This document shows, one piece after another, positions 61,841 to 64,000 of a DNA stretch of 64,000 bases. The DNA comes from Malacoraja senta (Eukaryota), in the NCBI GenBank assembly GCA_038087875.1, contig CM075995.1, forward strand, positions 1,180,001 to 1,244,000, given 5' to 3'. Numbering within the stretch: position 1 is the first letter of the stretch; the number at the start of each line of letters is the position of its first letter. Made by a program: the position numbers and the translations under genes. The notes beneath the pieces were generated by a model. It was given only the letters and a program-made list of their open reading frames with translations. It searched no databases and was not told the origin of the DNA.

Positions 61841-62629
61841 TTCTTTGTTTTTAAAACCGGCATCTGCAGTTCCTTACTGTGACGCTTGCAAATGTTCAGT
61901 TCTCATCTCAATCAGGCCAAGATGGAGTGGATGTGGAGATGATGTTTCCAGTAGTGGGAGAGTCAAGGACCAGAAACAGAATTTGGCTGCTTGGCCCCAA
62001 ACAGTTAATGTCAGCATTAATGCTCCACTCCAGACCCCTCTCCTCATCTTTCCTTGTCTGTGTATATTGCTGTGACCCATACTCCTTTCTGTTCTGAATT
62101 TGAACATAGCAAAACTGCACTAGAGCAGGATCTTCGGCCCACAAAACCTTGTTGAACTAATCTCCGCCTGCACGTGATCCATATCCCTCCTTTCCTTCGA
62201 CAAACGCGTCTTTCTCTGAAGCCCCTTATCTGTTTCCACCACCACTCCTGACAGTGTGATCCAGGTACCCACCACTTGCTGTGTCCTGCATATCACTCCA
62301 CTTCTGACCATGAAGATATACCCACTTGTCTTTGACATTTCCACCCTGGGGGGGAAAGGGTACTGACTGTCTACCCAATCTCTGCCTCTCAGAATTTTAT
62401 ATACTTCTGATAGAAGTCTCCCCTGAACCTCTGGTATTCCATAGGAAAAAAAATCCAAGTTTGTCCAACCTCTCCATTGAGATAATACTCTCTAATCGGG
62501 CGGCATTCTGATAAACCACTTCTGCAGCCTCTGCGAAGACTCCACGTCCTTCCTGTGATGAGGCAACCAGAACTGCACACAATGCTCCAAATGTGGCCCA
62601 AGCAAAGTCCTATAAAGCTTATTACGTGC

Positions 62630-62990
62630 CCTTTGCTCTATCTTTAGTACGAGTTTGAACTAAATGTTGTATATCTGAACTATTGGGCTTTCACTGTGGC
62701 AATAATAATAAACTTAAACCTATTGCTCAGCTTTGACTATAGTTCTTATTTCCTCGCACCTTGTTGCTGTGAACACTATGAATTCCTTTCAGAATCTGAT
62801 ATTTATTCTTTATTTTAGGCAAGATGTCTACCTTTTATAATCTATTCCATTAATGTAATAATTTAATTTGAAGCTGCTAACATTGTCTTTAGGTCCCACT
62901 CTAGTCTGAAGAAGGGTTTTGACCCAAAACATCACATATTTCTTTTCTCCAGAGATGCTGCCTGCTGAGTTACTCCAGCTTTTTGTGTCT
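62630..62990 (+). repeat. Local duplication, copy 2
   Basis: Collinear with 61475-61840; separated from it mainly by a minus-strand CR1 fragment (~62105-62620). Confidence 0.92.
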
Positions 62991-63169
62991 ATCCCAGATT
63001 TAAAAGTCTGTTGCTCTGAACTATATACTGCACTCTGACGTGATTCGAGCCATTTAGTGGTTCTTGCAAATAGCAATCAAAACCACCCACGCAAACCATA
63101 CCGCAACAGACTGCTACACATTACTAATGGACAGGTTTGGCCACAATGTCAGGAACTTGGAAGATTTAA

Positions 63170-63487
63170 CAGAGTGGCATAGCGGTAGAGTTGCTGCCTT
63201 ACAGCGCTTCCAGCACCGGAGACCTGGGTTCGATTCTGGCTACAGGTGCTGTCTGTATGGACTTTGTAAGTTCTCCCTGTGACTATGTGGGTTTACTTTG
63301 AGATCTTCGGTTTGCTCCCACACTTCAAAGATGTACAGGTTTGCAGGTTAATTGGCTTGGTGTATGTGTAAATTGTCCCTAGTGTGTGTAGGGTAGTGTT
63401 AATGTGCGGGGTTCGCTGGTCAGTGCGGACTCGGTGGGCCGAATGGCCTGTTTCCGCACTGTATCTCTAAACCAAACTAAACTAAAT
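63170..63487 (+). mobile_element. tRNA-derived SINE
   Basis: TGGCATAGCGG box A, GGTTCGATTC box B, (AAACT)n tail. Confidence 0.9.
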
Positions 63488-63549
63488 CTGGTTTCTCACA
63501 TTGGACTTTCATTATATAATTTGTTGTATTGAACAGAACATCTTTTCTC

Positions 63550-63643
63550 GTCTGAAGAAGGGTTTCGGCCCGAAACGTTGCCTATTTCCTTCGCTCCATA
63601 GATGCTGCTGCACCCGCTGAGTTTCTCCAGCATTTTTGTGTAC
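63550..63643 (+). mobile_element. Stand-alone Penelope terminal unit with intact hammerhead-like core and flanking direct repeat
   Basis: CTGAAGA-A-GGGT(TTCG)GCCC-GAAACGTT at 63552-63579; CATCTTTTCTC at 63539-63549 and 63644-63654. Confidence 0.8.
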
Positions 63644-64000
63644 CATCTTTTCTCTCAACATCTTTTCTCAATGATAGAATAAATCCAATCATAGGTTTAA
63701 TCGAGCCAGGCTTCATTGAAGGGAAAATAGCCCTCAAAATTAGTCAAACAGGAAATTTTCTATCCTCTAAAAAAACATATAAAAATAAAACATTTAGTTA
63801 TCAAAAGTAATATGACAAATATGACAAGTATATTTAGAAATTATCATAGATAAATACAAGTGGACTTACTATAAATTATGTAATTAAATGGATCATATGA
63901 ATGAATTGATTTAATTTCAGTTATTAAAAAGATTCTTTAAATCATGACTATTAGGTACAGATTGCTTTGTAAAAACAGTTATATTTTGAAACCATTAAAA

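Larger units (their letters stand above)
4531..64000 (+). other. Intron 1 of the G-alpha gene, continuing beyond the window
   Basis: GT donor at 4531. No TGESGKSTFIKQMRIIH-type exon 2 found by eye downstream. Confidence 0.7.

Overview
Eukaryotic, repeat-rich vertebrate DNA. The repeat complement (CR1 LINEs, tRNA-derived SINEs with (AAACT)n tails, Rex1, Penelope tails) suggests a cartilaginous fish such as a skate or ray; this is an inference. The only host gene I can support is coding exon 1 of a Gq-family G-protein alpha subunit, most like GNA14 (4410-4530, + strand, in a CpG-rich region). I did not find exon 2, so the remaining ~59 kb appears to be intron 1. That intron holds many nested mobile elements: CR1, Rex1/Babar, L1, Tx1, RTE, an R2-Hero fragment, Penelope, non-autonomous Helitrons, hAT and ISL2EU-like DNA transposons, MITEs and SINEs. 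The most notable signals are: (1) many short Penelope-terminal units carrying a minimal hammerhead-ribozyme-like core, some with their own target-site duplications (TSDs) or attached to copied local DNA; (2) a Helitron family forming head-to-tail and double-5'-end structures and carrying minisatellites; (3) a non-autonomous element whose 3' end matches an RTE LINE in the same window; (4) a DNA transposon with an exact 7-bp TSD. All family names come from motif recognition, not database searches. Boundaries of degraded repeats are approximate.
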